Shown: positions 39,000-52,464 of the stretch, in pieces
Layout: each line of letters begins with the position of its first letter
Position numbering within the stretch: position 1 is the stretch's first letter
Source of the DNA: Eledone cirrhosa
Taxonomy: Eukaryota
Length of the DNA stretch: 64,000 nt
Direction of reading: 5' to 3'
NCBI GenBank assembly: GCA_964016885.1
Contig: OZ024756.1
Span: 15,128,001 to 15,192,000, forward strand
Notes under the pieces: model-generated
Databases searched by the model: none
Told to the model about the DNA's origin: nothing
Seen by the model: only the letters and a program-made list of their open reading frames with translations
Translations under genes and position numbers: made by a program

Positions 39000-39329
39000 G
39001 ACTGAAAAACAATGGACCTCTGTCAGTTCCAGCAATGAGTGTTCCAATCATTCTATAAACTGAACAACCTACTCATGAAATTGATGTATAACTGGCTGAA
39101 CATTCCATAGGCACATGTACTTTTAGAATAATTCTCAGGGAGATTCAGTGTGATACAAATTATGACAAGACAGACCCTTTGAATTACAGGCACAGCTCTT
39201 CCGACAGGCTTCCAAACAGCTTCTGTCTACCCAATGCCACTCACAAGACATAGATTGACCTAAAGCTGTGGTAAATGACACTTTCCTAAGATGTCACAGT
39301 GAGATTGAACCCAGAACCTACACTGTCCT

Positions 39330-39690
39330 ATGAGGTCACCTGGGTCCTACTGGAGGTGAAACACTTTAAGAAATCACCTGGGATTGACTGCTGGTGAAAC
39401 ACTTTAAGAGGACACCTGGGATTCAACCTGGGACCTACAGGTGGTGAAACACTTTAAGAGGTCATCTGGGATTCAACCTGGGACCTACAGGTGGTGAAAC
39501 ACTTTAAGAGGACACCTGGGATTCAACCTGGGACCTACTGCTGGTGAAACACTTTAAGAGGTCATCTGGGATTGAACCTGGGACCTACTGCTGGTGAAAC
39601 ACTTTAAGAGGTCATCTGGGATTGAACCTGGGACCTACTGCTGGTGAAACACTTTAAGAGGTCACCTGGGACCTACTGCTGGTGAAAGAA
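39330..39690. repeat. 50-bp minisatellite derived from a SINE tRNA head
   Basis: ctgggattgaacctgggacctactgctggtgaaacactttaagaggtca contains a reverse B box. Confidence 0.85.
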
Positions 39691-40138
39691 ACTCCTTAAC
39701 CATTTGGTTATGCTATGTCCACAAAAAGAAACATACATACACATTGAGAGACTGATACATACATAGATACATGCACACATATACAGGCAAACAACCATAC
39801 ACACAAGCAAACATACACACACATTCACTGACACACACACACACCACACTGCCACAAACACATATACACACCACACTGCCATAAACACATATACACACCA
39901 CACTGCCATAAACACACACCAGCAGCAACATCACATAACATAGATGATGTAAAATAACATCCCCCACCATTACTGGTACACACCAGACTGAAACTTGTTA
40001 GAACCAGTTTCTGGCTGGTTCTGACAAGTTATTAAATTGAGCCGATTGGGTACAGTGAGGCGGGTGATGTGTATATGTAAACGTATGTATGTATGTGCAA
40101 ATGTACACACACACACACACATGAGAGAAACAAAGATG

Positions 40139-40170
<32 letters not shown>

Positions 40171-40268
40171 GAGGAAGAGAGATGTGTGTGTGTGTGCGTG
40201 TGAAAGATATATATATGAAATATATACATATATGAAAGCTATATAATATATATATACATATATGAAAG

Positions 40269-40301
<33 letters not shown>

Positions 40302-40527
40302 GACATCTTGTTAACTTTATTGACTCTATTGTATGGATGTCAAGCAAAGTACCAGTCCAATACTGGGGATTGATTCTTTCTGCTGCCCCCCCCCCCTTTC
40401 TCTCTCTGTCCAGACATAGAAGGGGAGTGGCTCCACAATGTTTAAATGCTGCCCAAGTCCACATCCCTCTGACTCCATCAGGACCCTGTACAGATGGTTT
40501 TTATGTATACATATACGCACACAATAT

Positions 40528-40570
<43 letters not shown>

Positions 40571-40709
40571 CGCACGTGTGTATGAAAAAACGAAAACATC
40601 AATGACACAGTACATGGAAGAAATATATTAGTTAGTTTAACGCTTGAAATAGCAGGAAGAGAGTCTTAACGGATGATGTGCTCATGCGAGAGATTGGCTA
40701 AGATCTTTT

Positions 40710-40761
<52 letters not shown>

Positions 40762-40857
40762 AAGTAAACAGAAACAACAAAGCAAACACTCAGTACAATG
40801 AAGAAATATATTAGTTTAACACTTGATTTAGTAGGAAAAGAGTCTTTCATCATTTCA

Positions 40858-41377
40858 TTTCATCATCATAATTTTATTTTTCCGTCTGCTTTTTCCATGC
40901 TTGCAAGGGTGGGACAAAAACCGATTCTGGCTCGATTTCTACAGCTAGATGCCCTTCCTAATACCAACCTCATTTACAGTGAGTGCTGGGTACTTTATTG
41001 CCATGGCACCTCCACGACTACTTTGCAGTGTGGGCTGGGTGCTTTTTTGCTGTGGCACCTCCACGACCACTTTGCAGTGTGGGCTGGGTGCTTTTTTGCC
41101 TTGGCACCTCCACGTCCACTTTGCAGTGAGTGCTGGGTGCTTTTTTGCCTTGGCACCTCCACGTCCACTTTGCAGTGAGTGCAGGGTGCTTTTTTGCCGT
41201 GGTACCTCCACGACCACTTTGCAGTGGAATGATAGGGACCCCTATCATCTCATTTCTACAGCTGAGTAAACTGGAGCAATGTGAAATAAAGTGTCTTGCT
41301 CAAGGAAACAACACATCACCCGGTCTGAGAATTGAACTCACAACCTTTCGATTGCAAGGACAATGCTCTAACCACTA
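40858..41377 (-). mobile_element. SINE-A with internal 49-bp unit amplified about 5 times
   Basis: gctgggtgcttttttgccttggcacctccacgtccactttgcagtgagt repeated inside the SINE body. Confidence 0.85.
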
Positions 41378-42054
41378 ATTCTATCTTCTGAAGGAGGACC
41401 AGACTGAGAAAAAAGATGAAATAGAAAGTTAGAAAAGGAAAGAACAGATAAAAGTTGTGTATTCAGTCAGCCATTTTGGGGGAAAAAATAAAACATAAAT
41501 TTTAAATATATTGTATTTTATTAATTTATTTATTCTAAATTAAAATCATTCTCTCTCGAAAGAGAGAGATGTGTGTGTATATATACATATATATATATGG
41601 TGAGAGAGAAAGAGAGGGATATGTGTGTGTGAGTGTGTGTGTCTATACATATATGCACACACACACACATATGTATCTATGTATGTAGATATATCGACAG
41701 TCGATCGACAAAAATCGCAGACCTCATTCACTTAACGAGTGGGATGGAGCTCATCAAATCTGACTGAGGAAACAACGTTTCCATTTGTCTTTCCAATCGC
41801 TAATACTATATCGATCGCAAATGCAGGCAGAAGGAGCAACGTGAAATAAAGTGTTTTGCTTAAGGACGAGACGCATCGCCCGGTCTGGGAATCGAAATCA
41901 CAACCTCACGATTGTGAATCCAAGTCTCTAACCACTTAGACATGCGCCTTCACAGATATATATACATATATCAGATAGGGTGTGGTAAAAACTAACTAGA
42001 CCATAACCCACCAGAGTACTCAATACTTGGGGTAGTAGAGTTAGTAATATATTA

Positions 42055-42093
<39 letters not shown>

Positions 42094-43529
42094 TACATAC
42101 ATGGTGGCTGCCAACTCGTTTTCGAGTATGGCCACTACTTTATATCCATGGAGGAGAACCCTACCGATGCGCTGAATGAGTGGGACTTTTTAGTCCAGCC
42201 AGCAACTTGAAAACTCTGGTACAAACACTACACTTGTGACAATTATTGACATATAGTGCTGGGCCTATGGTACCATGTGATGACAAGTGCAGAGAGATCT
42301 CCAGATATAAAGCAATGCCTGAGCCGTTAAGATTTTATAGTGAGCAAAGGCACTGCACAAAGCCAGTCCCACTCTCTTAACCAAGATGATATTTACCAAA
42401 AAGAAGAACAAGTCAACATCATTGGATACCATCAGGGTTGCAGGTGTTATATCAGAGTTTTCCTTCTCATACATACATACATACATACATACATACATAC
42501 ATACATACATACATACATACATACATACATACATACATACATACATAGTAAAGGTTTCTATTGTACACACATTCTTAGATTTGTGCAAATATATGATCAA
42601 CAATGTGAAGGATTTGGGGCCCTGTCTCTGGTAAAATCTAAAACTAGCAGCAAAAAAAAAAAAAAAAAAAAAAACATTTTCACCTGATGTGATTTTCGAT
42701 TTTGCATTTTAATTTTGTACAAAATATTTTTCTCTGAATTACACAAAAAAAAAACGGCTTTGATTTAGGCTCAAAGCCAGCAATTTCTTTTTAGTGAGGG
42801 AGTTCATTTTATTGACCCTAGAAGGAATGAAAGGCAAAGCTGACCTCAGCAGGATTTGAGTTCAGAGCATAAAGGCCATAACTAAATGCTACAAAGCATT
42901 TTGTCCGACGCTCTACCAATCCACTGCCTTCAGACATTAAATAATAATGGTTTCTGATTTAGGCATAAGGCCAGCAATTGGGGGGGGAGGGGGAAATCGA
43001 TTAACTTGACCCAAGTGCATTACTGGTCCTTTATTTTATAATCTATACTATATAATAACAGTTTCTGATTTAGGCAAAAGGCCAGCAATTTAATTGGAAG
43101 AGGGAAAGTTAATTAAATTGATGCCAGTGCATTACTGGTACTTTATTTCATAATAATAATAATAATAATGATAACAATAAAAATATGATAATCTCATTTC
43201 ATTTCGTTTAAAAAATAAAATTTAAAAAAAATGTAACAACTTATGATCGTGCTAAAAAAAAATGTAACATAAACATGGATCTGGACAGTGTGCAGGGGAG
43301 AGGGAGGGTAGAATGGTTGATTTGACTAAATCCCTAGAGTGTGACTGGTACAGGTACAACACTGATTTATCTGGCAACTCATAATCCAATAACTCTTTAA
43401 TCCAGACATCATTATGAGAGGAGACTTGAATGTCTTGTGACCCACCTGTGTAGTTTACTGTGTGACCCTGTAAGTAACACTGCAGGGCCCCGTAGGGAAC
43501 ACTGTGTACCATTTGCAATCATCTCTTCT

Positions 43530-43950
43530 ACACTATTTCACTGGTACTTTAATTTTATCAACCTCTGCCCACACTATTTCACTGGTCCTTTTATTTTATC
43601 GATACCCAGTCTTCCAGTATTTCACTGGTCCTTTTATTTTATCGATACCCAGTCTTCCAGTATTTCACTGGTCCTTTTATTTTATCGATACCCAGTCTTC
43701 CAGTATTTCACTGGTCCTTTTATTTTATCGATACCCAGTCTTCCAGTATTTCACTGGTCCTTTTATTTTATCGATACCCAGTCTTCCAGTATTTCACTGG
43801 TCCTTTTATTTTATCGATACCCAGTCTTCCAGTATTTCACTGGTCCTTTTATTTTATCGATACCCAGTCTTCCAGTATTTCACTGGTCCTTTTATTTTAT
43901 CGATACCCAGTCTTCCAGTATTTCACTGGTCCTTTATTTTATCAACCTCT
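43530..43950. repeat. 43-bp minisatellite downstream of MROH1 stop
   Basis: atttcactggtccttttattttatcgatacccagtcttccagt, about 9 units, SINE-B-derived. Confidence 0.9.
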
Positions 43951-44140
43951 TTCCCCGGCCACTCGAAAGGATGATGACAATGATAATAATAATAACAACA
44001 AAAAAACAACAATGATAATAAAAACAGGATTTAACAACTACAACAACAACAACTTGTAATTGATGCTGCTACTGCTCCTTGCATTTCTTCGTCTTCTGCT
44101 GCTGCAGTTGGCGTCGGTTTATTTGATAAAAAGAGAACCA

Positions 44141-44223
44141 TTAATAGTTATAAAGAAGACTCATCGCCTCGGCTGCTTTGCCTCTCACTTGCGATGATGG
44201 ATCTTTCAAAAGGTCGATTAACG
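44141..44223 (-). CDS. MROH1: MROH1 terminal coding exon
   Basis: Long T tract, ttctAG acceptor, phase 1; (A)LIDLLKDPSSQVRGKAAEAMSLLYNY*, resembling the MROH1 C-terminus LLKDP..VR..AAEA. Confidence 0.92.
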
Positions 44224-44744
44224 CTAGAAATAAAAAAATTAAAAAAATTAAAAAATAAATAAATAAATAAATAAAAAAATAAAAAAATAAAATAAATAAA
44301 TAAAATAAAATAAAAAAAATAAAAAAAAGATAAATAATAACTCATAACATCCGGTAATAATTAAGCAAAAAATATCTAAAAACAGGTTTTGTTAATTGAA
44401 ATGTTTATAGTATCTTTATTTGCCAGAGCAGATTGTTGTAAAAATTTGCAGTATTAGAGTATGGTATGGACTCCTGAGGGAGACATAGGGGTGCCATATT
44501 GACATTTCTTAGGGCATTTTAAAACCTGGCAGAGCTCATCTCCTCTCCAGGTCTAAATACAGCAGATTTCTTCCAGAGAAGGATAGGAAATGAGAAAGAG
44601 ATATAGATGAAGAATCAACTGGTACTTTTTTTTTTAATCGACCTTGAATGGCTGAAAGGCAAAGTTAACCTTGGTGGGATTTGAACTGAGAGAGAGCAGA
44701 GAGCTGGATTGAATACTGTAAAGCATTCTATCTGACATTCTAAC

Positions 44745-45170
44745 AATTCTACTAGACATCACCGACATTCTAACATTACTAGACATCATTGACACTACTA
44801 GACATCATTGACACTACTAGACATCACTGACACTACTGACACTACTAGACACCACTGACACTACTAGACATCACAGACAATCTGCTAGACATCACTGACA
44901 CTACTAGACATCCCTGACACTACTAGACATCACTGACAATCTGCTAGACATCACTGACACTACTAGACATTACTGACACTACTAGACATCACTGACACTA
45001 CTAGACATCACTGACACTACTAGACATCACTGACACTACTAGACATCACTGACACTACTAGACATCACTGACACTACTAAACATCACACACACTACTAGA
45101 CATCACTGACACTACTAGACATCACACACACTACTAGACATCACACACACTACTAGACATCACACACACA
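44745..45170. repeat. 19-bp minisatellite
   Basis: ctagacatcactgacacta. Confidence 0.9.
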
Positions 45171-45567
45171 GACCTTACATAGGAATGGTTTCAATACAAG
45201 AAAAAAAAAATACCACAAAACAAAAAATTATAAACATTTTCAGATGAGAAAAGTTGAAAATATAAATGAAAATAAATAAAAACAGAAAACAGAAAAACAA
45301 AAATAAAATAAAATAAAAAGCAAAAGAAAAACAAACAATAAAAGTCAAATAAATATCAACAGAAATGGTTTCATGTTTTCATGACAATATTTCTATCAAG
45401 AATATATTGCCTTTGTGTTTTAATTAAGGAAAATAATCAAGAATTTTTTATTATTTCAGGTAAGAACCTTTGTTAAGTTATGTTCCAAACACATTTATCT
45501 AAAAAATCTATTACTATTTCATCAAAAATTATGAGAGGTTTTCGTGAAATACTTAACTTACAACTTA

Positions 45568-46190
45568 ATAATTGTTTCTATTTTTGGCACAAGGCCAGTA
45601 ATTACCCCAGTGCATTACTGGTACTTTATTTTATCAACCCTGTAAGGATGAAAGGGAAAGTGGGATTGAACTCAGACCGTAAAGGGCAGTAGCACTGTGC
45701 TGCAAAGCATGTCGTCCGACCCTCTGCCAATACTGCCAATCTAATTTGGGCAGAAGGTCAGTAAGTTTTGGGGAGGAGAAAGTCAATTAAATCAACCCCA
45801 GTATGTCACTGGTACCTTATTTTATCGACACCAAAAGGACGAAAGGCAAAGCTAACCTTGGTAGGATTTAAACTCAGAATGTAAAGAGCCGTAACTGTGT
45901 TGCGAAGCATGGCGTCCAACCCTCTACCAATACTGCTAATCCACCGCCCTTTCAATTTAATAATGGTTTCTAGTTTAGGCACAAGGTCATTAATTTCGGA
46001 AGAGAAGGTTAGAGGGGAATTGAACCCTCCCCCAGTACTTAGATGGTACTTTATTTTGTCAACCCTGAAAGATTGAAAGACAAAGTTGACCTCAGCAGGA
46101 TTTGAACTCAAAATGTAAAGAGCTCTAAGTCAACTGACTTCGACAAAATATTTTGTCTGATACCCTCACCATTCTACCAAGCCACTAACT
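45568..46190 (-). mobile_element. Three head-to-tail SINE-B copies
   Basis: Repeated ggcacaagg...ctggtac..ttattttatc...gaactca motifs. Confidence 0.8.
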
Positions 46191-46438
46191 TAAATATTAA
46201 AATATTTCTCTTTTATTAAGTTAACTCCTGAAAACTAATATTATGGATCTTATAATAATAAGATTTGAAGTTAAATTTAAACACTAACACTTTAGCATTT
46301 AAACCAGTTGTATTTGGCCAGAATCCCCACCTCTTTCTGTTCAATCTGGCCATAACTGGCCGTTCATACCAGTGAAAGTTGTGATAATATGTGTTGTTTT
46401 AATGTTAGACATAAGGGCGGTAGCTTTGGACATGGTGT

Positions 46439-46662
46439 TTAACCCTTTAGCATTTAAACTGGACGTATCCTGCCAGAATTCTCTTACCTCTTTCTGTTCA
46501 AATCGGCTGTAGCCAGCCACTCATACTGATGTTATGGTACTGTTCTCAAAATAAATATCAAAATCTCAGATTCAATATTATAGGAGATAAATATGTGAGG
46601 TGAAGCATTTACCACAAAAATACAATAGTATTTATAGAGTAATGTAAATTCTAAAGGGTTAA
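46439..46662 (-). mobile_element. piggyBac-like MITE family 1 copy
   Basis: TTAACCCTTTAGCATTTA...TCTAAAGGGTTAA; body is the reverse complement of 4247-4474. Confidence 0.85.
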
Positions 46663-47907
46663 GTGAAGTAGTTCAGGACATGGTGGTGTTTAATGGCTAA
46701 AGAATGTTGAGTTATGTTTGTTGAAATGACTCGCTATCGTCTTAATGAAAGACAAATTACTAATTATTAATTATTTATAACCTTCTGTGTGCTCTAAGCA
46801 CCTTATGTCGCTGATAGAGTAATCTCCCCTTAATATATAATACAGTGTCAAGGGAAGCAAATCATAAAAAAATTCATTCAGCATGCTAAAGATTAATTTA
46901 CTCACAAAACCAGTTTTAGTGGGAAGAGAAAGTCAATTAAATTGACCCCATTACTTGACTGGCATTTCATTTTATCAACTCCATAAGAACGAGAGGCAAA
47001 GTTAACTTTGATGAATTTGAACTCTGAATGTAGAGAGTCAGAACAAACATTACTAAGCACTTGTTTGACACTTTAACAACTCTTGCCAATGCATCAATTA
47101 AATTGATCACAGTACGTGACCAGTATCGACCCTGTAAGGATGCCAAACTTACATTCAATGTTCTAATCATTATGCTAATTCAACATCCATTTTCGATGGA
47201 TTTCTAAACAGTTTGGGTTGGTTGTTTGAAGGGTTAAAGAAGGTGGATTTGTGTTGCCTTGTATAAAACATGAGATGCAGACCTCCTCAGCCTGTTAGGA
47301 AGGTCAGTAGCCCCATTTCAGGATTGACATGGTCTATGTAGACCTATCTAACCCATGATAGCAGGGAAAACAGATGTTAAAGATTTATGTTGTCTTAGTT
47401 GTGGGGAACAAAACTCTGAATACCCCCCCCCCCCCCCCCCCCCGCGTAACTAAAAGTGGACTAGGCAAAAAGCCTATAAATAAAAACTGAAGTGAATGGT
47501 CAGGTAGACTGTGTACGGAGTCTCATTGTAGTCTCTCGGTAGTTTGTAATTACACCTGGTGGATACTTTTGGTTTTACCTTCGTTTCATACAGATATAGA
47601 AAATAGGAGACACGCCATTATAACAGTCTTGTATAAGGTTGTGATCTACACTAACAACAACAACCACCATCAGTGAAATATATAAACATATACAACAAGA
47701 GATGACACTAATCTTAATACTTGACAAACTCATAACATGGCTTCTTATGTTCAGTTACTGGGTATCAATAGTAACAGAGACAGTGGTGGGTATTTTTAGC
47801 TGAAAAGCAAAGCTGGTTATTATCAGGGCCAAAAACAAAATAAATGCCATGACAAGCAACACATTAAAAACATGCAAAGTTAGTGAAGATCTTTGACAAG
47901 ATTTTCC

Positions 47908-47939
<32 letters not shown>

Positions 47940-47961
47940 AGAGAAAGAGAAAGAGAAAGAG

Positions 47962-48039
<78 letters not shown>

Positions 48040-48045
48040 AAGAGA

Positions 48046-48076
<31 letters not shown>

Positions 48077-48252
48077 TGGGTGTGTGTGTGTGCGCGTGTG
48101 TGTGTTGAGTGTCTGCGTGTCTGCGTGTCTGCGTGTCTGCGTGTGTGCGTGTGTGCGTGTGTGCGTGTGTGCGTGTCTGCGTGTCAATTACTGTGGTGGT
48201 GGTGGGTGAGAGTGTAGGGTTGGGACTCTTGTACACACACACACACACACTT

Positions 48253-48299
<47 letters not shown>

Positions 48300-48461
48300 A
48301 AAGGATAACAAGGACGATTGATTACTCCTTCATTGCATTTATTGATAGGTGACACGTGTTTCACCACTGATCAGCTCAAGGTTCGATCTGTATCGATCCT
48401 ACCCTACTGTGAACCTGCAGTAACTCCTAGTTACACCCCCTGGATATATATATATATATAT

Positions 48462-48793
48462 ATGGAGGCACATGGCTTAGTGGTTAGAGCAGTGGCCTTG
48501 CAATCGAAAGGTTGTGAGTTCAATTCTCAGACCGGGTGATATGTTGTTTCCTTGAGCAAGACACTTTATTTCACATTGCTCCAGTTTACTCAGCTGTAGA
48601 AATGAGATGATAGGGACTGGGGTCCCTATCATTCCACTGCAAAGTGGTCATGTAGGTACCACGGTAAAAAAGCACCCAGCACTCACTGTAAATGAGGTTG
48701 GTGTTAGGAAGGGCATCCAGCTGTAGAAATCAAGCCAGAATCAGTTCCCGTCCCACCCTTGCAAGCAGGGAAAAGCGGACATAAAATGATGAT
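48462..48793 (+). mobile_element. SINE-A, full-length tRNA-derived SINE with RTE-derived tail
   Basis: A box TGGCTTAGTGG, B box GTTCAATTC, CCTTGAGCAAGACACTT central domain, tail acccttgcaagcagggaaaagcggac(ATG)n. Confidence 0.9.
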
Positions 48794-48856
48794 ATATCCA
48801 CACACATACACATAATACATAGATACAAATATGCTTACGTATGTATATGCACATAC

Positions 48857-48889
<33 letters not shown>

Positions 48890-49959
48890 CAGGGTCGAAT
48901 TTTAATAATTCAGATTTAAATTATTGGGTGAGAGAGGAAACGACTGAAGCTGTGTCCATTCTATTTGGTAAACTTTGTTAAAAAAATTATATATATATGA
49001 TGAAGGACTAGCGTCCGAAATGTTAAGACCCTCTTCCTGCTATTTCAAGCGTTAAACTAATATATTCCTTCCATATACTGTACCGATTGTGTTGTTTTTT
49101 CTGTTTAGCTTTTACATACAAATATATATATATAGAGAGATATATATATATATAAATGTATGCATAGTATATTTGGCAATATACCGTATGTTTAATTAAA
49201 AACCTTTTGAAGACCTTACACTATCATTTTAAAGTAGTGACTGTGTCACTTCTTTTCGGCGAAAGAAGGCAGAGAAGCCAACAGTCTGTTTCATGCTGTT
49301 TGGCAATCATCAGAGCTATGTACTGCCCTCTTCTGCTGAATATTATAGAAGCTGGATTCCGATAGAATTCCAGTAATAATCAGGAGCTGATTATACAAAA
49401 ATTAAGTATTAGGATTGGTGCTCTGAAATAGCGATGTAGTCACATGAATAACCATGTAACAGAAATATATATAATGCAATAAACAATTAAGGTGATTTAA
49501 ATTTCTGTTACATTATTCATGTGACTTCATCAGATGCTTATGCAATCATTGGTGCAGTTATGTATTTTCGGTTTGTATTTTTTCTTAATTTATTCTTTTA
49601 AATTGTGTCTGGCAAACCCTATCGTTCATAGTTAGTATTTTTTTCACCCTAGCAAATCTGGTCCCCTACGATTGAAACACATATGTATATATCTGTGTTT
49701 ATCTCTCTTTTATATTCAATTATAAATACATACATATTCATTTGTCTTATGTGTTTTAATTTTCTGAGTGCAACTTGTATATAAGTGTGTGTATAAGTGT
49801 GTGTATAAGTGTAAAGATTGTGGTTAGTTGGTGACACTATGACAGTGACAATGACAGGACTGCAATAGTGACTATAACAGTGACTACGACAATGACAAAC
49901 TAAAGCTTTCATCACACACCATTAACACAACTGGCAATAGGAAATAAGCTGCAAAGGTG

Positions 49960-50086
49960 TATGTGTGAGTGTGTATGTATGTATGTAAAAATATATATAT
50001 ATACACACACACAAACATGTATATATGTACACACACACATATATATATATATATGTGATATGAGTGTGTATGTATGTATGTATGTA

Positions 50087-50130
<44 letters not shown>

Positions 50131-50216
50131 AACATATATATATGTACACACACACATATATATATTTATATATATATGTGATATGAGTGTGTATGTATGT
50201 ATGTATGTATGTAAAA

Positions 50217-50249
<33 letters not shown>

Positions 50250-50504
50250 AACATGTATATATGTACACACACATATATTTATATATATATATATATGTGA
50301 TATGAGTGTGCATGTATGTATGTATGTATGTATGTAAAAAAAAAAATATATATATATATACACACACAAACATGTATATATGTACACATATCACATATAT
50401 ATATATATGTGTGTGAGTGTGTATGTATGTATGTAAAAATATATATATATATATATATACAGACACACACACACAAACATGTATATATGTACACACACAC
50501 ACAC

Positions 50505-50550
<46 letters not shown>

Positions 50551-50672
50551 ATATGAGTGTGTATGTATGTATGTATGTAAAAATATATATATATATATAT
50601 ACACACACACAAACATGTATATATGTACACACACACATTTATATGTATATATATATATATATATATATGTGA
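49960..50672. repeat. Higher-order microsatellite repeat
   Basis: Recurring gtgatatgagtgt(gtat)n-aaaa(ta)n(ca)n-aacatgta block. Confidence 0.85.
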
Positions 50673-50743
50673 TAAATATAAATGAATAAATGAGTTAAGA
50701 AGCTAATATAGTCAGGATAGTTGTAGAGTCATGCAAAACTTAC

Positions 50744-50758
50744 CACGGGGATTGAAAC
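50744..50758 (-). CDS. MROH1: Candidate 15-nt alternative microexon in last MROH1 intron
   Basis: T-rich tract then cttAG|GTTTCAATCCCCGTG|GTAAGT; phase 1-1 and frame-preserving (adds GFNPR); no transcript evidence. Confidence 0.4.
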
Positions 50759-50809
50759 CTAAGTAGGATTGACAGTGTATAAAACAAGGCAAAAATTACA
50801 AAACCAAAA

Positions 50810-51025
50810 ATAATGATTTCCTATATCGGCACAAGGCCAGCAATTTTTGGGGAGAGGGGGAAAGTCGATTAAATCGACCCCAGTGCGTGACTGGTACTTT
50901 ATTTTAATGACCCCCGTAAGGATGAAAGGCAAAGTTAACCTCGGCGGGATTTGATCTTAGGACGTAAAGGGCCGTAACTCTATGCTGCAAAGCAGGGCGT
51001 CCGACGCTCTACCAATTACTGCTAA
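50810..51025 (-). mobile_element. SINE-B copy
   Basis: Matches 49-256. Confidence 0.8.
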
Positions 51026-51186
51026 TAATAATATGTAAGATACAAAAGAAAAAAAAAACAAAACAAGAAATGAAGACAAAAAAACAAAACAAGAAATGAA
51101 GACAAAAAAACAAAACAAGAAATGAAGACAAAAAAAAGATAAGACATGACAGGAATAAAGAAGAAATAAAAATGGTAGAAATACAG

Positions 51187-51547
51187 TGAAGACACGAGGC
51201 CTGATGGTTAGGGTATTGGACTTATGGCCATATGGCCATGGGCTGTATTCTTTGACTGGGTGACATGTGGTGTTCTTGAGCAAGTCATTTCATGTGGAGG
51301 TGTGTGGCCTAGTGTTAAGTGTATTGGAGTTACAATCAAAATGTTGTGGGTTTGATTCCAGGGCAGGGTTCATTTCATGTTGCTCCAGTATAAACAGCTG
51401 AAAATGAGTACCAGAAATAGCTGGGGGTTCAACCCTGCGATGGACTGGTGTCCTGTCCAGAGGGGTGTCTTGTACACTCAGTCGCTTCATGCCACGAAAC
51501 TGATATAAGCACTGGCCTAACGAGCCTTCTGGCTTAAGACAGACTTA
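51187..51547 (+). mobile_element. tRNA-derived SINEs with a V-domain-like segment
   Basis: Two A/B-box heads; aaccctgcgatggactggtgtcctgtccag resembles the V-SINE conserved motif. Confidence 0.6.
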
Positions 51548-51619
51548 TGTGGGAGGCCATCTAAACCTATAAAGATGTGAGCTGTAACCCTAAGTTACAC
51601 ACACATATCAGTGATGTTT

Positions 51620-52220
51620 GTGATATTAGGTATATCATTGTATCACTTATGATGTACTATGACTGGTCATAGTATAACAATATGACAGTGATATTGGCAA
51701 TATCATAACAGTGATATAGTATACCTAATATTACAGTTATGATATTACTGTGATGTACTATGACTGGTCATAGTATAACAATATGACAGTGATATTAGCA
51801 ATATCATAACAGTGATATAATAATATACCTAATATCAGAGTTACGATATTACTGTGATGTAATATGACTGGTCATAGTATAACAATATGACAGTGATAAT
51901 GGCAATATCATAACAGTGATATAGTATACCTAATATCACAGTTATGATATTACTGTGATGTACTATGACTGGTCATAGTATAACAATATGACAGTGATAT
52001 TAGCAATATCATAACAGTGATATAATAATATACCTAATATCAGAGTTACGATATTACTGTGATGTACTATGACTGGTCATAGTATAACAATATGACAGTG
52101 ATAATGGCAATATCATAACAGTGATATAGTATACCTAATATCACAGTTATGATATTACTGTGATGTACTATGACTGGTCATAGTATAACAATATGACAGT
52201 GATATTGGCAATATCATAAC
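51620..52220. repeat. Alternating 101/104-bp tandem repeat
   Basis: gactggtcatag at 51661, 51762, 51866, 51967, 52071, 52172. Confidence 0.9.
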
Positions 52221-52356
52221 ATTGGCAGACAAATACAAATATTTGTACAAAATACATGCAAAATCAGTTGATATTACGACATCAATCATGCAATTGCACA
52301 TGATGCAACCTATTATGTATGGGATGTTATTTATGGCAAGTCTTTGTAATAGTTAC

Positions 52357-52422
52357 CTGTACACATGTGTTCCCTGGGTAAAGTACTGTGACTGTCTTTT
52401 GTCAAATTACCAAGAAGAAAAC
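52357..52422 (-). CDS. MROH1: MROH1 penultimate constitutive exon
   Basis: ttttcAG / GTAAC; 66 nt, phase 1-1; (G)FLLGNLTKDSHSTLPREHMCT. Confidence 0.88.
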
Positions 52423-52464
52423 CTGAAAAAGCAAAACAGAAAACCTTGAAACACCTGTTCTGGT

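Noticed and set aside
48463-48535. tRNA-like sequence with TGC loop
   Set aside because: SINE head: stems imperfect and continuous with SINE body in several copies
49343-49386. Possible alternative last MROH1 exon (APDYYWNSIGIQLL*)
   Set aside because: Acceptor is plausible but the peptide lacks MROH1 similarity, and the conserved terminal exon is at 44141-44223
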